Position numbers and translations under genes: made by a program. Below are positions 60,034 to 64,000 of a stretch of DNA of 64,000 bases, piece by piece. The number at the start of each line of letters is the position of its first letter. Position 1 is the first letter of the stretch. The stretch is taken from NCBI GenBank assembly GCA_963737905.1, contig CAVTUQ010000039.1, forward strand, positions 1 through 64,000, read 5' to 3'. The notes beneath the pieces are model-generated. The model searched no databases, was not told the origin of the DNA, and saw nothing but the letters and a program-made list of their open reading frames with translations. This DNA comes from an uncultured delta proteobacterium. GTDB taxonomy: Bacteria > Desulfobacterota > Binatia > UBA9968.

Positions 60034-62515
60034 CTAGAAGGACAGAATGCCATTTTTACCGCTCTTGTATCCATTGTAGCGAATCGTGGCGCCGTCGGTC
60101 TCCAGAATGATGGCGCCATCCTCATCCGTGCGTAAAATCTCGGCTCCGACTTGACGATAGCGCGCAACCACCTCGTCGCGAGGGAATCCGAAAGGATTGC
60201 GGGATCCCACGGAAAATATCGCCAATGAAGGCCGCACCGCCGTCACAAATTCCTGAGTGCTGGAGCCGGCGCTGCCGTGTCGCGGAACTTTGACCACAAG
60301 GCTGCGAAGCTGCTCGGCTTTAGGCTGTAGCCGTTGCTCGTCGCGCTTGTCTAGGTCCCCCGCAAACAGAAATCGTACCTTACCGAACTCCAGCCGCAAC
60401 ACGACGGAGGCATCCTCCGCTCCGTCCGGCGGCGGATAGAGCACGCAAAGCTTGACGTCGTCGATGGCGCGACACGGTACCTGATCGCTCAGGGTAAGTC
60501 GTTTGACGTTCCCTTGCTCCAAGGCCTCTTCCAAATCATCGAAGCGGGTGGTTTTGCCTTTGCTTGGCCCGGACCAAAACTCCGCCGGCGCGAATTCCGT
60601 CGCCACAGACCGCATACCGCCATAGTGATCAACGCGCGGATGACTGACGAATAAGTAGTCTACCTTAAGAATTTTGCGGGAGCGCAGAAATGGACCGACG
60701 ATACTTTCACCGGTGTCAAAATCTCCCAACGCCGTCCCGCCGGCATCGATAATCAGCACCTTCGAACGGGGCAGCTCCACGACAGCGGCATCGCCCTGGC
60801 CGACGTTTAAATGAGTTACACGTAACGCTTTGCGGCCCCATCGTTCACCCCACCAATAAAAGGCGTCGGCCCCCAAAGCCAATGCGAATACGGCAACCGC
60901 CACAATCACAAACCGATTTCTACGCAAGAGAAAAAACGCGACAATAAATAAATAGAGCGCGGTTATCTCCAAGGCATTTGGCACGGGCACCGCAATGTTG
61001 GCGAGGGGAAGGTGTGAAAACAGCCTCACTAGCCAGAGGGTTGCCGACAATAGATACTCGGCCGGCCACACCAAAACAGCCGCAGCGGCGGGGAATATCA
61101 AAGAGAGAAAGCCCGTGATCAGCCCCAACGGCACAACGATAAAACCGACTAACGGCACAATTACGGGGTTGGAAATGAAATCCGGCTAAAGACAAATGAC
61201 CGAAATAGTGAGCGATCAGCGGCCCGGTGCCCAGAGTTGCAAAAAGCGGCACGGCCAAATGCAGGCTCCCTTGCCTTAGTTTATGCTTCCACCAACTCCG
61301 CTCCTGCGGCAGTTCGTCCCGGGGTCGCCGGGGCGACCTGTCTATCATTCTACGCATGCCCCAAACAATGAACAGCACCGCGAGAAACGAAAGCTGAAAG
61401 GAAATATCGGCAATGACAGCAGGCCAGATCAGCGCGATGAGCAGCGCGGCAAAAGTAAGACTGGCGAACACTTCCTCCTCACGGTCCAACAGAACCGCCA
61501 ACTCATAGACCCCGATCATGATCGCCGAACGGACCGTCGGCACCATGGCCCCGGCGATGGCGGTGTAAAAAGCCACCGCCAAAAAGGAGAGGAACGTCCC
61601 CACCTTCAGCAAATTCCAGCGTAAGAGGAGAGTGGAGCTGTACGAGCCGCCAAAACGAACCAGCCAGAAGACCACCAGCCCCAGCATGCTGACGTGAAGT
61701 CCGGAAATGGAAAGCACGTGGTTCACACCTGCAGCGGTAAACTCGTTGCGCATTTCCTTGGTGACAGCACCCATATCGCCGACCACCAGTGCCTTCATAA
61801 GAGCGCCGTTGTCCGATGAAAAGTGCTGATCGATATACCGGCGAATCTCTCGGCGGAGTGATTCGATAGCACCGCGCACGGGACCGGGCCTGCGGGCCAA
61901 CAGTTCGACCTCCTGGTCGTTTTCCAGATATCCAATAGCATAAATCTCTTGTCGCGCCAGGTAAGTCGCGTAATCGAACCCGCCCGGGTTCCCGCTGTTT
62001 CGCGGCTCTTGCGGCCGAATCCAAAAGCGTAAGCGATCGCCGTAATGCCATTCTTGTCGCACGCGTCGGATGCTCAACAAAAGGTCTCCCGAAATTTCTT
62101 CAGCCCCTGTGGGATGCCAGATTCGGTCGCATCGGACCAGCCATCGGCTGCGGTTCGGTAATTTCTCCGGCTCTCGCGCGAGCGTCCCTTCTAGATATAG
62201 GAGTGCACTATCGTTACCCAGCAGGCGGACGTGATTCGGCGGGAAGTCCGGGTGAAGCAGCTGCCAATGCCGGATGTAGCCAAGCGAAAGTCCCAAAGCC
62301 GCGCTGAAGAGCAAGAGTCCCCAGCGTCTTGTCGTCGTTTTGATAACGAGCAACAACGGGATGAGCGGAAGAAAAAAGAATTGAGACGGGATGACGAGCG
62401 GGAGCGCGGCTGCCGCCTGGCCTACCAGGAGGGATAATGTCGGAACCACCAGCCACACCAACGGGTGGCTGAGTCTCGCAACGGCAGTTGTCCTTGTTAC
62501 CGTCTCTCCGGACAT
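60034..62515 (-). CDS. comEC: DNA internalisation competence protein ComEC/Rec2, frameshift near 61179
   Basis: NPGGFDY, HVLSISGLH, SFQLSF, NVGQGDA, SHPRVDHYGG, HGS and RTDEDGAI motifs. Confidence 0.92.
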
Positions 62516-62525
62516 CTGCTGTTCC

Positions 62526-64000
62526 TCAGTCCGACCTGGAGCAAAGGGATTGAAGGATTTCCCGAGCGGTCCTCTCGTTCATGGAGGGGACCTTAAGGAG
62601 CTGATCCAATGTTGCGGCTTCGATTCTTTTCATGCTGCCAAAAGCACGGAGTAAGGCTCGCTTGCGTGCTCCCCCGACGCCCGGAATCCCATCGAGAGCG
62701 GAAAAAAGCGTTTGTCGGGCCCGTAGTTTCTTGTGATGCGTGATGGCAAAACGATGCGCCTCGTCCCGCACTCGCTGCAGCAAGAAAAGCGCGTTCGAGT
62801 TGCGCTTCAGGATCACCGGATTGCTCTGCCGTGGCAAAAAGACCCGCTCTTCGGAGCGCTCGATTTCGACGCTGCGCGGCGCTGATTGCACGCGCATTTT
62901 CGCCAGCCCCACCGCTTCGACGCCTTTCACCCCGACTTCAGACATCGCCGCCAGTGCCATGGCAAGCTGGCCTTTGCCGCCGTCAACCACCACGAGATCC
63001 GGAAGATCCTCCTCTTTTTTGCCGCGCGCAAAACGCCGCTTCAACACTTCCAACATCATGCCGAAGTCATCCCCGCCGGAAGAGGCATCAATGCTCCGAA
63101 TCCGGTAATGACGGTACCGAGACTTGTCCGGCTCACCGTTGACAAACGTCACCATGGAACCGACGGCATGGGCGCCATGCAACATCGAAATATCGAAACA
63201 CTCGATGCGCTGCGGATAGTTTCTCAAACGCAGCTTTGACTGTAGCTCCTGCAGCATTTTCTCCCGGGCCTTCTCTTGATCGTGGCGCTCCGAAAAGCTC
63301 TGCCGAGCGTTTTCCCGGGCCATCTCCACCAGTTCGCTCTTAGCACCCCTCTGCGGGCTGAGAATACTGACTCGCTTTCCCTTGTTTTCCCTCAGGTAGT
63401 CTTCCCGGACTTCCCGGTCATCCAGCTCCACCGGCAGCAAGATTTCATCCGGGACAAAGCGATGGCCCTGGTAAAATTGCGTCAGCAACGCGCCCATGAC
63501 CTCCTCATCAGGAAACTCCAGGTCCTCCAGGGAATAGGACTGGCTGCCCGTTAGTTTACCTTGCCGAACGAACAGGGCTTGGACCTCAATAAATCCCCCC
63601 TCCCGATAAAGTCCAAAAACGTCCTGGTCGCTTCCCCAATGGGAAACCATGCGCTGCTTCTCGAGGGTTTTTTCGACGGCCTGAATCTGGTCGCGAATCT
63701 TGGCCGCCGCTTCGAACTCCAAAGCCTCGGATTTCTCCGCCATCCTTTGCCGCAATTCCGACAGCAGCTCGTCTTGCTTTCCCTCGATGAACAGGATGGC
63801 TTGGCGGACTCTTTCACGGTAATCGGTCTGGCTTACGGGCAAGACGCAGGGTGCCAGGCAACGTTTGATTTGATATTGCAGACAGGGACGGCTGCGGTTT
63901 TTGAAGTTGTGCTCCGTGCAATTGCGCAAAAGAAAATGCTTTTCAACAATGTCCAGCGTTTCGCGTGCCGCCACCGCCGACGAAAACGGCCCGAAATAAC
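62526..64000 (-). CDS. uvrC: Excinuclease ABC subunit C (5' end outside the window)
   Basis: YFGPF at the edge; RPCLQYQIKRC, LEFEAAAKIRD, RIECFDIS, VVDGGKGQL, RDEAHRFA and HhH motifs. Confidence 0.97.
   Translation of the reverse strand, partial: YFGPFSSAVAARETLDIVEKHFLLRNCTEHNFKNRSRPCLQYQIKRCLAPCVLPVSQTDYRERVRQAILFIEGKQDELLSELRQRMAEKSEALEFEAAAKIRDQIQAVEKTLEKQRMVSHWGSDQDVFGLYREGGFIEVQALFVRQGKLTGSQSYSLEDLEFPDEEVMGALLTQFYQGHRFVPDEILLPVELDDREVREDYLRENKGKRVSILSPQRGAKSELVEMARENARQSFSERHDQEKAREKMLQELQSKLRLRNYPQRIECFDISMLHGAHAVGSMVTFVNGEPDKSRYRHYRIRSIDASSGGDDFGMMLEVLKRRFARGKKEEDLPDLVVVDGGKGQLAMALAAMSEVGVKGVEAVGLAKMRVQSAPRSVEIERSEERVFLPRQSNPVILKRNSNALFLLQRVRDEAHRFAITHHKKLRARQTLFSALDGIPGVGGARKRALLRAFGSMKRIEAATLDQLLKVPSMNERTAREILQSLCSRSD

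Overview
Bacterial chromosome segment, GC-rich. The gene style suggests a Deltaproteobacteria/Ca. Binatia-like genome (inference only). Layout: (1) 1-5.4 kb, a diverged tandem duplication of a CBS fragment / O-methyltransferase / DUF1326 / DUF2182 unit. (2) 5.4-17.8 kb, mixed accessory genes, including an atypical sigma-54 regulator and a probable selenocysteine-containing OsmC protein. (3) 17.8-24 kb, a gutted type I restriction-modification locus whose remnants bracket intact defence-like cargo (a DUF4747-like + membrane pair, an AbiJ/HEPN-like gene, HepT/MntA), followed by a zeta-toxin-like pair. (4) 25-49 kb, a copper/heavy-metal island with two CopA ATPases, a multicopper oxidase, TolC, CusF proteins, cytochromes c, SHOCT proteins and TreT/GalT. 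It also holds an unannotated exported DUF411 protein with an in-frame UGA in its CxCC motif followed by a SECIS-like hairpin, and two related His/Cys leader ORFs ending LLLSVF-x-I/V. (5) 49-64 kb, lgt, dtd, trmL, an aminotransferase / Fe-S / TRAP operon, comEC and uvrC. About nine genes or gene positions carry single-base frameshifts, probably assembly errors. No rRNA, tRNA, CRISPR array, integrase or transposase was seen. All family assignments come from motif recognition by eye, not database searches.
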